Source of the DNA: an uncultured virus (IMG/VR IMGVR_UViG_3300010356_001334)
Lineage: Duplodnaviria > Heunggongvirae > Uroviricota > Caudoviricetes
Length of the DNA stretch: 64,000 bases
Virus record (IMG/VR): IMGVR_UViG_3300010356_001334
Reading direction: 5' to 3' (one strand)
Shown here: positions 9,959-20,503 of the stretch, one piece after another
How positions within the stretch are numbered: the stretch's first letter is position 1
Layout of the letters: every line of letters begins with the position of its first letter
Position numbers and translations under genes: made by a program
The notes under the pieces: model-generated
Told to the model about the DNA's origin: nothing
Seen by the model: only the letters and a program-made list of their open reading frames with translations
The model's database searches: none

Positions 9959-10711
9959 ATGTCGAATTTGCTCCAGCTCAATGCTTTGACTGCAGCGCCT
10001 GAACTTGCTGAAATCTATGTCGTTTATAATCGACAAGATTACAGAATGACTTTAGCGACTTTGGTCTCATTGGTAACCAAGTCTTCTTTAGGTCTGGATC
10101 TTGTCAACAATACGTCAGATTTAGATAAGCCTGTTTCATCTGCAACACAGACAGCTTTAAATTTAAAAGCTGATGTTAATGCAGTTCCTAGCATTGAAGC
10201 ATTTAATCAACTTTCCAATTCTCTCCAGAACTATATCTCTCTTGCGCAGTTAAATGCGGCAATTGATGAGATCACAGCCGCTCTTAACAATTATACAAAT
10301 ATTAATCAGGTCAATAATGCAATTAATACCGCACTGTCCCCGGTTAATCAATCTTTAGCACAACTCTCTAGTGAACTTCAAGCACAACAGCAACGCCTGA
10401 GTCAACTGGAAACACTGCAGCAAAATAACATTACGCGTGTTGTCTTAGATGAAGCAGTAGCACTGGTTCGTCAAGATACTCAAGATTTAATTAATGATCA
10501 AGCAGCATCAGTAAATGCTACTGTTTCTCAATTAACAAACCAGATTAATCAGATCAATCAGTCATTGACAGCTGTCAATGCAGCCCTCTCGACAAAAGCC
10601 GATATTAACCACACACACGCCATGAGTGAAATTGAAGGTTTAGAAGCCTTCATTGAAGGTGTCATTCAAGAAGTGGGTGGGGATGTTAGCGTCGGTATCA
10701 ATGAGTGGTGA
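9959..10711 (+). CDS. Tail fibre-like coiled-coil protein
   Basis: LGLDLVNNTSDLDKPVS and KADINHTHAMSEIEGL fibre repeats; GAGG RBS before ATG 9959. Confidence 0.7.
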   Translation: MSNLLQLNALTAAPELAEIYVVYNRQDYRMTLATLVSLVTKSSLGLDLVNNTSDLDKPVSSATQTALNLKADVNAVPSIEAFNQLSNSLQNYISLAQLNAAIDEITAALNNYTNINQVNNAINTALSPVNQSLAQLSSELQAQQQRLSQLETLQQNNITRVVLDEAVALVRQDTQDLINDQAASVNATVSQLTNQINQINQSLTAVNAALSTKADINHTHAMSEIEGLEAFIEGVIQEVGGDVSVGINEW

Positions 10712-10736
10712 GATGTCTTTAATCTAGGAGACTTGC

Positions 10737-11312
10737 ATGCCCAAAATCCATAAGGTGCAGCGTCTTCCTGATGTTTTAGTTGGGAATGACATCTATCTTG
10801 AAAAGAAAGGTGATGGAGCCGTACTCCATGTAACCAATCTTGCAGGAACAGCTGCGTTAACGATTAAAGACCCTATCTGTTTAAATGGCCCTACTGAGCT
10901 CTTTCATGGTGAAGTAGGTGAATACACCATTCAGAGTTATAGTGATCAGAATGACTATGTTTTTAATAGTCTACATGGTGAAGTTTCTAGAATTGATGAC
11001 AAGATCTACTTTGTCTCAACCAATCCTCTATATACGACGGCTTCTTTCATTGTAAATGGTCGAACCTTTACAATTACAATGAAGCCTATCCTTGTTGTAC
11101 CACCTACTATTCAGTCACCGACTCAAAATGCAAGCAACGTAGGTGTCACTGGAACAATCGCCTATGCTTCTGAGTCTGATTTAAATTTTGATGGTGCTAG
11201 CGATGTACATGTTTCGTCAGATTGGGAACTGTCAACCGATCCCGATTTTACAACGATCGTAGCTTCTAGTTATAACAGTACAACCAATCTAACCTCTTGG
11301 TTACTTCCCTAA
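10737..11312 (+). CDS. Tail-associated protein with an Ig/FN3-like module
   Basis: N-terminus similar to 6773; HVSSDWELSTD module shared with 13188. Confidence 0.65.
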   Translation: MPKIHKVQRLPDVLVGNDIYLEKKGDGAVLHVTNLAGTAALTIKDPICLNGPTELFHGEVGEYTIQSYSDQNDYVFNSLHGEVSRIDDKIYFVSTNPLYTTASFIVNGRTFTITMKPILVVPPTIQSPTQNASNVGVTGTIAYASESDLNFDGASDVHVSSDWELSTDPDFTTIVASSYNSTTNLTSWLLP

Positions 11313-11331
11313 CAGCAAAGGAGATAGATAA

Positions 11332-11925
11332 ATGAGCTATGTCCTTCGTGCTGATATTGAAGAAGGTGGACGACTGATATTACAAACAGTCGATGGGAGT
11401 CAACAAGCTGTTCCGATTAGTCTAGCGACAGCAGTAGAGAGTCTCAATTTCCTTAACTGGTCGGTGACTGTTGGATTAATCTCTCAATTTAAGATTAAAA
11501 ATTATCATTTCTCAGATCACTATTCTGTTAAGACTCAAAATGGAAAAGTTTGGGTAAATGATGACACAATCTACTATCAGCCGGATGTTTCAGGTGAAGG
11601 TGGGTTTACAATCAATGGCACGCATTATCGTGTCTATGTGTTAGATGTCGCACCCGCCAAGCCGTCTATTGTCTACCCAGAAGACAATAGTGAAAATATC
11701 TCCACTCAGGCTGAATTTGTTGCTTCACAGTTTATCAGTGAAGATCCTGCTCTTCGACATATCCGGTCTCGTTGACAGATTGCAAAAGATCCTGATTTTG
11801 TCGATATCATTCTTGATCGTGAAGGCGGTGATATTTTAAATATGCTTCAAGCATATCGTCTTCAATACGGACAAGAGCTCTATGTGCGTGTTCAGCATGT
11901 CGGTGAAAAGAACATGGTGGTTTAA
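11332..11925 (+). pseudogene. Tail-associated Ig/FN3-like protein with an in-frame TGA (11773-11775) at a conserved Trp position
   Basis: HIRSR*QIAKDPDFVDII...YVRVQHVG aligns with HVSSDWELSTDVNFIDIV...YVRVRYKG of 13188; frame open to TAA 11923-11925. Confidence 0.7.
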
Positions 11926-11934
11926 TGAATGATG

Positions 11935-11969
11935 TCAGAGTAGGTAGGCTTTTAGCCTACCTACTCTGA
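11935..11969. terminator. Long palindromic terminator-like hairpin
   Basis: TCAGAGTAGGTAGGC/GCCTACCTACTCTGA. Confidence 0.8.
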
Positions 11970-12037
11970 TGTTTGTCCATGATGTAGAAAGAGTCCAACC
12001 AAATCCAGTGAATGAAGCTTTCTCGAGGAGAATAACT

Positions 12038-13132
12038 GTGTCCGCTTACTATCGCTATCCGGAAGATCCCACTGGGTCTAACCCGGATAATCTTGTCTCA
12101 GGTGAACTCTATCAACTCAGCGATCGACCTGTTCGAGTTGCTGTTCCGAAATATGCCCCTTTCTTTACAGATTCTTTAATTGTCTATGACGGCTTAACAC
12201 AGCAGCCTTTAGTTCGTGGGCAAGATTATAAGATCCCGACAATCTCTCGCGAAGCAACATTGCGTTTTGGTAAAGAGATTGCCGATGCTATTCTGATTGA
12301 AAATTCGAATGTTTCTAGTGAAATCAGGATTACATATCAAGTCTTAGGGGGTGTTCATCAAAACAACATTGACAATATCGTTAACATCTATGAACAATTT
12401 GTTAACGATAGTCGTGGGGTTGACTGGGTTACAGGTGTCTATGGTAAACCTAGCGAATACCCACCAACTCAGCACGCACATCAGTTAAATGATGTTTTTG
12501 GTTTTGAACCGATTACCTTCCAGCTTGAACGGATTGCACAAGCGATTCAGCTTGGAAATAGTCCTGCCTTTGAATTGATGTTAGAAGCAATGCGAAATAA
12601 CATTGCTTCGAATGCTGAAATTGATCAAGGTTTAGCTGTTGACAAATACATGACGTTAAAGCAACTTATCTACGCGATGGATAAGTTTAACTTTAATAGC
12701 ATGACGGTTAAACCGAATGTTCGTCGTCTTTGGAATGGTGGAGATCTGTGGTTTGATTTAGAAGCCAATAACATCGAGGATAGTGTTACCTATTATTGGA
12801 CCATTGAACACATTAGTACATCCCCTGAAGATTTTCACCTTACGAGTGGATTGATTCAGATGGTTGAAGGGGTTGGTCAGTTCATGGTTCAGACTGTCCG
12901 AGATCGCCATTTTGAAGAGGAAGAAAAATTTAGAGTTGTTATCCGTAAACATGGGATTGAAGGTCATGTTTTAGCAAAAAGTCGAATCATTACCTTAGCT
13001 CAACATGACCCGTTCTATCAGGATCGCATTCTGGAAGCTTTACGCATTTGCTGCATCAATTCTCCACGTATTAAAAGGACAGCTAAAACGCATGCTGTTA
13101 ATCGTGGACAGTGGCGTGCCCCTTTTAATTAA
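12038..13132 (+). CDS. Virion tail/baseplate protein (YPxDxTG-N family of phiKZ-like phages)
   Basis: GAGGAG RBS before GTG 12038; YPEDPTGSNPDNLV and KPSEYPPTQHAH motifs. Confidence 0.65.
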   Translation: MSAYYRYPEDPTGSNPDNLVSGELYQLSDRPVRVAVPKYAPFFTDSLIVYDGLTQQPLVRGQDYKIPTISREATLRFGKEIADAILIENSNVSSEIRITYQVLGGVHQNNIDNIVNIYEQFVNDSRGVDWVTGVYGKPSEYPPTQHAHQLNDVFGFEPITFQLERIAQAIQLGNSPAFELMLEAMRNNIASNAEIDQGLAVDKYMTLKQLIYAMDKFNFNSMTVKPNVRRLWNGGDLWFDLEANNIEDSVTYYWTIEHISTSPEDFHLTSGLIQMVEGVGQFMVQTVRDRHFEEEEKFRVVIRKHGIEGHVLAKSRIITLAQHDPFYQDRILEALRICCINSPRIKRTAKTHAVNRGQWRAPFN

Positions 13133-13187
13133 ACAAACACACAGGGCGGGTTTTGATAAACATGTCCTGTGTCAGTCTTGAAGGAGA

Positions 13188-14960
13188 TTGAAGATGCCTC
13201 GTATTCTGAGTAGGCAAAGTGCTGGAAAGTCTTTTGTTAACCCATTAGAGCTTCATGAAGGCGGTACAGGAAAAAATACAGCTCCTGACGCACTCAATGC
13301 ACTCTATGGGATTCCGAGTGGTTTAAAAGGACAAGCGCTCGGTCCTGTTGAGCTTAATGGCCAAGGACGTTTAGACTTAAGTGCGTTGGAAGGAATTTCT
13401 TTAACGGATACGGGTATCGATGGCGATAGCACGATTCAACTGCGTGAAACCAAAGAATACTTTTTAACGACTTACGATAGTTATCAAGATTATGAAGTCG
13501 AAGGTGTTCTAGGTGTCGCGCGTATTGAACGTAACGTCATTTACTACACAGCAGGACAAACACCAGGGATTGGTGGTTTTATTATTAATGGACGAAGAAT
13601 TAATATTCTTGTCCAAGGTATTGCAATGGTAAAACCTAGTATCACGGTTCCGGTCAATAACGCTATTGATCGTCCTTTATACATGACGTTCATCGGAACA
13701 AGTTTCCAGACGCTCGGAGGAAGTGATAATCACGTTAGCTCAGATTGGGAGCTCTCGACTGATGTGAACTTTATTGACATCGTTCAAAGATCTTACGATG
13801 ACACTACGAATCTTACTTCATGGGCAGTGACTGATATGCAAGAATTAAAGAAACACTATGTCCGAGTTCGGTATAAAGGACAAAATGCCGGTTTAAGCCC
13901 ATGGTCAAATGCAGTAGGATTTACTACGGGTAATGACGGTATTGCAAACACTGAAACCGGTTTTATTGTAGCAAATCCAGAAATTACAAATCAAAGTTTT
14001 GGACATGATGTATCACTTAGCGCAGATGGAACAATGGCGTTAGTCGGCGCACCTTTTAATCCAAATTATGCAAATTCAGCTGGCGCTGTTTATTACTTTA
14101 AGAAAATCAACGGAATTTGGACACAACAACAAATTATATATTCTCCTTTTCCAGCAGAAAATGAAACTTTTGGTTATTCAGTTTCAGTTAATAGTGACGC
14201 AACAGTTATGGCAGTTGGTTGTTGGAAAAATGGGCCTTCCTATTTAGGGAAAGTTTATATCTTCATTAAAGTAAATGATATTTGGCAATATCAACAAAAA
14301 CTTTTACACCCTCTTCGAGATCCTTTAAATGATATTTCTTATGAATTTGGAATTGGCGTTGCTATTAGTGGCGACGGAATGAGTTTATTTGCTGGAAACC
14401 ATATTGATAATTATACACCAACTAACACTATACCAAACTCCGGCGGAGCTTATTATTTTACTCGCTCAGGGGATGTATGGACCTATCACTCTGCTCTATA
14501 TCCACCAATTCCGCAAGATCCGCTATATTTTGGACACAATTGTACATTAAATAATGACGGAACTTGGGCTGTAATTGGCGCTCTTGGTGAAAAATATCAA
14601 AGTATAATAAATGTTGGTGCAGTTTATATTTATAAAAAAGTTAATAATGTTTGGCAGTATCAGCAAAAAATAGAATCACCTGAAAAGATTCAACAATTTC
14701 AATTTGGTTATAGCACTTGCTTGTCAAAAGATGGTTTAATGTTAATCGTCGGATCAACATTAAATTCTGGAAAACTTTTTTTATATAATCGAGTTGGCGA
14801 TACATATGTTTACGACAGAGAAATTCAGTTATTAAGTAATGGCGGTGTAAATGGCGGAGCGTCTGTTGCTATTAATGAAAATAAAAACTACCTTTTAACA
14901 GGTGTAATAGGAGGTTATAGTTCTCCGTTTTCGGGAGGCGTTGTAAAAATTATTGAGTAA
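13188..14960 (+). CDS. Tail-associated protein with FN3-like domain and FG-GAP-like beta-propeller repeats
   Basis: Repeated FG-x-x-V-x-L...GA...GAVY units in the C-terminal half; AAGGAG RBS. Confidence 0.75.
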   Translation: MKMPRILSRQSAGKSFVNPLELHEGGTGKNTAPDALNALYGIPSGLKGQALGPVELNGQGRLDLSALEGISLTDTGIDGDSTIQLRETKEYFLTTYDSYQDYEVEGVLGVARIERNVIYYTAGQTPGIGGFIINGRRINILVQGIAMVKPSITVPVNNAIDRPLYMTFIGTSFQTLGGSDNHVSSDWELSTDVNFIDIVQRSYDDTTNLTSWAVTDMQELKKHYVRVRYKGQNAGLSPWSNAVGFTTGNDGIANTETGFIVANPEITNQSFGHDVSLSADGTMALVGAPFNPNYANSAGAVYYFKKINGIWTQQQIIYSPFPAENETFGYSVSVNSDATVMAVGCWKNGPSYLGKVYIFIKVNDIWQYQQKLLHPLRDPLNDISYEFGIGVAISGDGMSLFAGNHIDNYTPTNTIPNSGGAYYFTRSGDVWTYHSALYPPIPQDPLYFGHNCTLNNDGTWAVIGALGEKYQSIINVGAVYIYKKVNNVWQYQQKIESPEKIQQFQFGYSTCLSKDGLMLIVGSTLNSGKLFLYNRVGDTYVYDREIQLLSNGGVNGGASVAINENKNYLLTGVIGGYSSPFSGGVVKIIE

Positions 14961-14966
14961 TATACG

Positions 14967-15004
14967 CATAGACAAGGGGAGGCTTTTGCCTCCCCTTGTC
15001 TATG
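14967..15004. terminator. Bidirectional terminator between convergent genes
   Basis: CATAGACAAGGGGAGGC/GCCTCCCCTTGTCTATG. Confidence 0.85.
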
Positions 15005-15013
15005 GTTTATAAA

Positions 15014-15901
15014 TTAATGGCTGTGATTGTTACTATTTCCACCACTGTCCATAATGGAACCCGTAGCAGTAATGTTTCCATTTACTGCTACGTCTCCACT
15101 AATTGAAGTCGTTGCTCCACCTCCACCACTTACACTTAAACCTCCAGTAATCGTTGAGGCTGAATTTTCTGTATGGTTCGATGCATTAATGGTTGAACTA
15201 CTACTATTAGTTGTAATCTCAGGCGTATTAAACTCAATGCTTTGACTTGCATTAACTACAAAACGCTGTGTGTTAATGATCACTTCGTTTGCAGTTGTGG
15301 CAGTCAACCTACCTTGCGTTGATTCAAGTAAAATCGTATTTCCAAGGTCATCTGTAATTTCAAGAGTTCCATTACGAGTATCGAGCTCAATATCGTATTT
15401 AACAACTTCGCCATCGTTATCACTTGTATGAAGCGTGATTGTCTTGTCAACTGTATTGACTTCGAACCAATAGCTGGTATCGTTGTCATAGGGTGCAAGT
15501 CCACTAGGTTGATTACTGAATGCATAACGAACTGTTTCTAAACGACGCAGTTCAGGCTCTCGCATCATCGTTGTCCAGTAATAATCAGACGTATCTGCAA
15601 ACCTAAACAGAATCACTGTTTCACTAGGTTGGACATCAGGTGATGTTTCTCGATTACTATGACCAAATGGAATCCACTTTGCCTTAATAACGGACCCACC
15701 TTTAATACTACTTGGCTTACTGACACCATGTTGATCCGGCGTTGAGACTTTGTATTCTTTGGAATCAGGACTTAACCCGCCCTTATCCATACTAAAGTCT
15801 TCAATTGGTGTGACTTCAATAAAGTCATCCCCTCGAACTTTAGCTTTTGTTACAATCCCTAAAGAGTAAAGCTTCAGCCCTGAACTTTTGCTTGTATCCA
15901 T
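15014..15901 (-). CDS. Baseplate central spike (gpV/gp5-like)
   Basis: OB-fold-like N-terminus, beta-helical C-terminus and terminal HxH (NHSH) metal-binding tip; GAGG RBS before ATG 15901. Confidence 0.75.
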   Translation of the reverse strand: MDTSKSSGLKLYSLGIVTKAKVRGDDFIEVTPIEDFSMDKGGLSPDSKEYKVSTPDQHGVSKPSSIKGGSVIKAKWIPFGHSNRETSPDVQPSETVILFRFADTSDYYWTTMMREPELRRLETVRYAFSNQPSGLAPYDNDTSYWFEVNTVDKTITLHTSDNDGEVVKYDIELDTRNGTLEITDDLGNTILLESTQGRLTATTANEVIINTQRFVVNASQSIEFNTPEITTNSSSSTINASNHTENSASTITGGLSVSGGGGATTSISGDVAVNGNITATGSIMDSGGNSNNHSH

Positions 15902-16021
15902 AAATAGCCTCAAATAAATAAAAGAAATCCCTACCATAGCAATCTTCTTTAAGTTTAAGAAAAGTCTAGATTACTATATCTTGTACTACCAAATCCAAAG
16001 TCTTTTAAAATAAAAAAGATC

Positions 16022-16420
16022 ATGACACAGCCTATACTTCTTTATCGAGATCCTGATTACCCAAATCGAATCAGGATTGCTGAACATGTTTTAATGCGTA
16101 CACAAGAGATCGTTGAAGGTCCTTTCATCTGGTCTCGTTTTGTTCAAGGTCCTTATCATCCTACACTGGGCTTTTTGTGTAGCTGTGGAACCTGTCGTAT
16201 TCCTGTTGAAGTCTTTATTCGAGATCCTCAAACGTATCAATATGAGCGATTTACCGATGAAGATCATATCTGGCGTTCACTAAATGAATTTGTTGATCCT
16301 GAAAAGCTTACAGCCATTCACTATACAGGCACCCGAGCCATCGATTCATTTGCTGTAGGACTTTCTAAAGATGCTGAAGAGAAGCTTCCTGAACGCCTTA
16401 GACCTCCAAACTGTCAATAA
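16022..16420 (+). CDS. Hypothetical protein
   Basis: Isolated ORF between a promoter-like motif and a hairpin. Confidence 0.6.
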   Translation: MTQPILLYRDPDYPNRIRIAEHVLMRTQEIVEGPFIWSRFVQGPYHPTLGFLCSCGTCRIPVEVFIRDPQTYQYERFTDEDHIWRSLNEFVDPEKLTAIHYTGTRAIDSFAVGLSKDAEEKLPERLRPPNCQ

Positions 16421-16426
16421 TGTACC

Positions 16427-16462
16427 ACACACTGACTAGGGCTAAAACCCTAGTCAGTGTGT
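16427..16462. terminator. Long palindromic terminator-like hairpin
   Basis: ACACACTGACTAGGG/CCCTAGTCAGTGTGT. Confidence 0.8.
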
Positions 16463-16523
16463 CTTATGTCTTTTCTTTTAAACGCTACCGATCCAGTGAC
16501 CCAGAATACTAAGAACGTTAAAA

Positions 16524-19016
16524 ATGAAAATCCTTTCAATCGTTTTAGTCGGATATCGAAACTTTAAACTCCGACAAATCCAACGTCTTGAATTTCGACC
16601 CACTCTAAAAACACAACTTATCTTAGGCAGCAATGGTAGTGGAAAGTCTTCAATTTTGAAAGAACTCTCTCCTCTTCCTGCTCACCACAGTGATTTTGAG
16701 AAAGGTGGGCGTAAAGAAATCGAAATTAGTCATAACGGAAAACACTATCTTCTCCAAAGCCTCTTTGATCAGGATGGGAACCGTTATCCGTTTATTGTTG
16801 ATGGTGAGAATCTCAATCCAGGCTTCACTGTTACGGTCTATAAAGAGTTAGTCAAAGAGCACTTTAATTACACACCTGAAGTGCATGCACTACTTATCGG
16901 TTCGATTCGTTTTCCGACCATGAGTATCAATGATCGTCGTAATTGGTTTATGAAGATCAGTGAGACTGATTACACGTATGCACTTAAATACTATCAACGA
17001 CTTAAAGAGAAAGTCAGAGATCTACAAGGCGCACTCAAGCTCAATCAGACGCGTCTTACGCAAGAGACCAATAAATGTCTGACAGAAAAAGATGAAGAAG
17101 AACTTCGACTAAAGATCCGAGAACTTAATCAGATCTTAAATACACTCATTGATCATCGCAAACCACGTCTTTCTAATCCAGAAGAAGCAAATCAGTCTTT
17201 AGAACAACTAGAAAGTACTCTACAACTAGATATAAGCCGTCTAGAGACGATATTGACTAAGTTAGGTGATCAAGGTATCTCTAAAAGTATCGAGGTCTTA
17301 GAACACGATTCCATTACACTCCAAGCAGGTCTTCAATCCCATCAAAATGAGATTGTTAAAATCTGTGACTCAATTGAAAAGGTGCAGAAAGAACTTGATG
17401 CTGCTTTGACTTCTTCTCAACATTCTCTAGAAGAAGTACAAAGAACTTTAAGAGAATTTGAAGAGACGCGTACCGAGCTTCAAAGTAAAATTCGTTTACC
17501 GATGAACTTTGAGAATATTGATTCAGTGATCTCATCACTAGAAGCTGTTAAGCCTTCTCTAGAAGACATTCTGAGTCAATTGAGTCAGTGTCCTCGACTT
17601 GACTATGAAAGAACAACCTATCAGCAACTTCTCGATCAAGGTCCACATTTAAACCAAGCTTATTTAAAGTTAAAAGATGCTGAGAGTAAACTCTTCATTC
17701 AAAAGCAGCATCTGGAATCACATCGTGCTAAAGGGCTTACTGAATGTCCTCAATGTAAGCATGAATGGTATCCGAATTATGATGAGTTAAAATATAAACA
17801 AGTTTGTAAAGAGCATGAGAATTTACTCTTTGCTCTGGGTAAAATTGAAAAAGAAATTCAGGATAATAAGAAGTCTATTGAAGAACATCAACACTTCTTT
17901 CATCTTCTTGAACGCTATAATCAGAACACGCGACACTTTGAAGCGCTACGTCCCTTCTGGATGTATATAAAAGCCTCTGGGAAGCTTCTAGAAGAGCCTG
18001 ATAGCCTTTTACACCTTATCCAGAGCCTGACCCTTGATCTTCAGTATCATAAGCGTATAGCGCTTCTAGAAGAGCGTATTAAAGAACATCAAAAACTTCA
18101 GTCTTTGATGGAGAATACAAAAGAAGTCGATGTCGGTAAGCTCAAACAGATGATGCTCAATGACAATGAACGACTTCACACATTACAAGATGAGATGCGT
18201 CTTAAACATGCGCAACTTGAAACAACAAAGACACAGATTCAGACTTTGAATCTAATTCGTCAACTTGAGTCTAAAATCGAATCTCTATTCAAAGAACGCA
18301 AAGTTCACTATCAGCGCATTATTGAAGATCAGTGTGTTGCTGCGCTCGATGAAATCATTCGAAATGTGAAGTTAAACCTGAGTCAGTATGAAAGAACACT
18401 TTCTCAAACCGATATCCAAAAAGCGATTGTGGTTTCTTTATCTAAGCAGATCAAAGAAATCGAGTATGATCTTGACCTTCTAAAGAAAGCTCAAAAAGCA
18501 CTTTCACCAACTGAAGGTTTAATTGCTAAAGGAATGACAGGGTTTATTAATCACTTTGTCAGAGAAGTGAATCAATTCATTGAAAATATCTGGCTCTACC
18601 CCCTTGAAATTCTTCCAATCGAAATGGAAGACGATAGCTTAGATCTTGATTATCGATTTGAAGTTAGGGTTAATAACGATCCTCGAATTGTCCCTGACAT
18701 CAGTAAAGCAAGTCGAGGAATGCAAGAAGTCATTAATTTGGCCTTTGTAGCTGTTTCAATGAAATACCTAGGTCTTTCTAATACACCCATTTTCTTGGAT
18801 GAATTTGCAGCTTCCCTAGATGTCTCACATCGACAGTCCGCATATCGAGCAATTGATCATTTGATTGAATCGACCGACTATAGCCAAGTCTTTATTGTGA
18901 GTCATTATCAAGATGGCTACAGTAGTCTAAGTTCATCTGAAGTTTTAGTTTTATGTGATAGTAATGTAGAACTTCCAAAAGGAATGGTCTATAATCAACA
19001 TGCTCAATTTCATTAA
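16524..19016 (+). CDS. sbcC: SbcC/Rad50-like SMC ATPase
   Basis: Walker A GSNGSGKS, long coiled coil with CPQC zinc hook, signature SRGMQ, Walker B IFLDE, H-loop VSH. Confidence 0.92.
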   Translation: MKILSIVLVGYRNFKLRQIQRLEFRPTLKTQLILGSNGSGKSSILKELSPLPAHHSDFEKGGRKEIEISHNGKHYLLQSLFDQDGNRYPFIVDGENLNPGFTVTVYKELVKEHFNYTPEVHALLIGSIRFPTMSINDRRNWFMKISETDYTYALKYYQRLKEKVRDLQGALKLNQTRLTQETNKCLTEKDEEELRLKIRELNQILNTLIDHRKPRLSNPEEANQSLEQLESTLQLDISRLETILTKLGDQGISKSIEVLEHDSITLQAGLQSHQNEIVKICDSIEKVQKELDAALTSSQHSLEEVQRTLREFEETRTELQSKIRLPMNFENIDSVISSLEAVKPSLEDILSQLSQCPRLDYERTTYQQLLDQGPHLNQAYLKLKDAESKLFIQKQHLESHRAKGLTECPQCKHEWYPNYDELKYKQVCKEHENLLFALGKIEKEIQDNKKSIEEHQHFFHLLERYNQNTRHFEALRPFWMYIKASGKLLEEPDSLLHLIQSLTLDLQYHKRIALLEERIKEHQKLQSLMENTKEVDVGKLKQMMLNDNERLHTLQDEMRLKHAQLETTKTQIQTLNLIRQLESKIESLFKERKVHYQRIIEDQCVAALDEIIRNVKLNLSQYERTLSQTDIQKAIVVSLSKQIKEIEYDLDLLKKAQKALSPTEGLIAKGMTGFINHFVREVNQFIENIWLYPLEILPIEMEDDSLDLDYRFEVRVNNDPRIVPDISKASRGMQEVINLAFVAVSMKYLGLSNTPIFLDEFAASLDVSHRQSAYRAIDHLIESTDYSQVFIVSHYQDGYSSLSSSEVLVLCDSNVELPKGMVYNQHAQFH

Positions 19017-19040
19017 TTTCTTCAAAGGACACTGAACTCC

Positions 19041-19487
19041 ATGAATCAAATGAAAATTACGTTTCAACTTAGCGCTGAACAAGAAGCACGCATGCAAGAG
19101 ATGATTTCTCGAAGCGTTCGTTATATTGGAACGGTTAATAACTACATTTTAAGTTATGAAGGTTCTCGTGATCATTTCTTGATGCTCATGGAGACGGTTT
19201 ATAACTACGTATTTGATCTTCCTAATTCAGAAAGACCAATGCCAAAGCTCTATGAGCCGGAGGATAAACGTTTATATTGGCATGAGTCATATCAAGATTA
19301 TCTTTGGAAACGTGCTCCGTGGTCTTATTTTAAAGACAATTATCACGAATGCTCTATTCCAGAACGCTTCATTACTCAAAAACGCATCAATGATTTAATT
19401 GAAGCACAAAAGTCTCTCGAAGGAGAGGATGAAGAATTTATCGGAGATGTTTATCGTTTTCGAGCACGTTTTGAGGAATGCGTTTGA
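19041..19487 (+). CDS. Hypothetical protein
   Basis: AAGGA RBS, 148 aa. Confidence 0.6.
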   Translation: MNQMKITFQLSAEQEARMQEMISRSVRYIGTVNNYILSYEGSRDHFLMLMETVYNYVFDLPNSERPMPKLYEPEDKRLYWHESYQDYLWKRAPWSYFKDNYHECSIPERFITQKRINDLIEAQKSLEGEDEEFIGDVYRFRARFEECV

Positions 19488-19837
19488 ATACCGACTATGT
19501 TAACTTTGTTAATGAAAAACAAATCAACTTAATTGATGTTGGTTTTTCTTTAGGGATTTGGTTTTTTGCATTACTTTATTTCATGGTTGTTGCAATTGAA
19601 ATCTATCTCTACTTAACAAATGAAAAGAATATTGTTTATGAGTGGTTTAAAAAGATAAAGAATAAAGGTATTTTTAGTTTATTTAAAGACCCGAGATTCA
19701 TTATTTTCTTTATCTCTTCGCTTTTAATACTATTTTTAATGTTTACACACCTTGACTGGTTTTTAATATTTACTAATTATCTTCACACGACTGAGTTCTC
19801 TGAAGCCGACACTTTATATAAAATTCATGTAAACTAA
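19478..19837 (+). CDS. Membrane protein (AT-rich)
   Basis: Two hydrophobic segments; overlaps the upstream stop. Confidence 0.5.
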   Translation: MRLNTDYVNFVNEKQINLIDVGFSLGIWFFALLYFMVVAIEIYLYLTNEKNIVYEWFKKIKNKGIFSLFKDPRFIIFFISSLLILFLMFTHLDWFLIFTNYLHTTEFSEADTLYKIHVN

Positions 19838-19842
19838 GTCTA

Positions 19843-19877
19843 ACACAGACAGCAAGGTTATCCCTTGCTGTCTGTGT
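19843..19877. terminator. Bidirectional terminator
   Basis: ACACAGACAGCAAGG/CCTTGCTGTCTGTGT between convergent genes. Confidence 0.8.
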
Positions 19878-19882
19878 CATGA

Positions 19883-20500
19883 CTAAGTATGGTTTGATTT
19901 AATGTAGTTTTCTAGACTGGCTACTTTTTGAATAAGAAGATCATTTTCTTCACGAAGTGCGACATTTCGAGCATAAAGCGTTGATCGCCCTTCAATATGA
20001 ATATTACGCTCTTGTTGAGTTACTTCGTGCACATTGTAATCAACCAGAACATTCATTGAAGTCTCAACTTGTCGAACAGCAACCGAAACGCCTAAACTGT
20101 TCTCAACGAGGTCTTTAATGTCACTAAGAACCGCTGTAAGATCTTGAGAAACAGGTAGTGGGGGTAGAGATACCCCTAGCATTACAGAGCGATAAGGAAT
20201 ACCATTAACAGAAGGATATGAAAGAATATACCGAGAAGGAACATAGAGCCAGTGACCTTTCCGTGACTGCAATGAAACAATGTAGTTGTCTTTAGAAAGA
20301 TCTTCCTCATAGACTGCTTCATCAATTCCATAGACGTCGTAGATAGACGCTTTTGGGTCTTCATTATTAGCAAGATAGTCACTAATACGTCTGATTGCTT
20401 TACATGTATATTCGATCTTATCAATAACTTCTACATCAAAAGGCGCAGCAAGATCATAGAATCCTGAACTTCCAATAACAGGTAAGATAGAAAATGTCAT
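19883..20500 (-). CDS. Putative virion structural protein
   Basis: 205-aa ORF coupled to the upstream minus-strand gene. Confidence 0.6.
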   Translation of the reverse strand: MTFSILPVIGSSGFYDLAAPFDVEVIDKIEYTCKAIRRISDYLANNEDPKASIYDVYGIDEAVYEEDLSKDNYIVSLQSRKGHWLYVPSRYILSYPSVNGIPYRSVMLGVSLPPLPVSQDLTAVLSDIKDLVENSLGVSVAVRQVETSMNVLVDYNVHEVTQQERNIHIEGRSTLYARNVALREENDLLIQKVASLENYIKSNHT

Positions 20501-20503
20501 GGG

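Noticed and set aside
4810..11925. Genome-wide TGA-to-Trp recoding
   Set aside because: TGA ends many ordinary genes (680, 10711, 23681, 33581 and the ATGA overlap at 52585-52588), and Trp is otherwise TGG.
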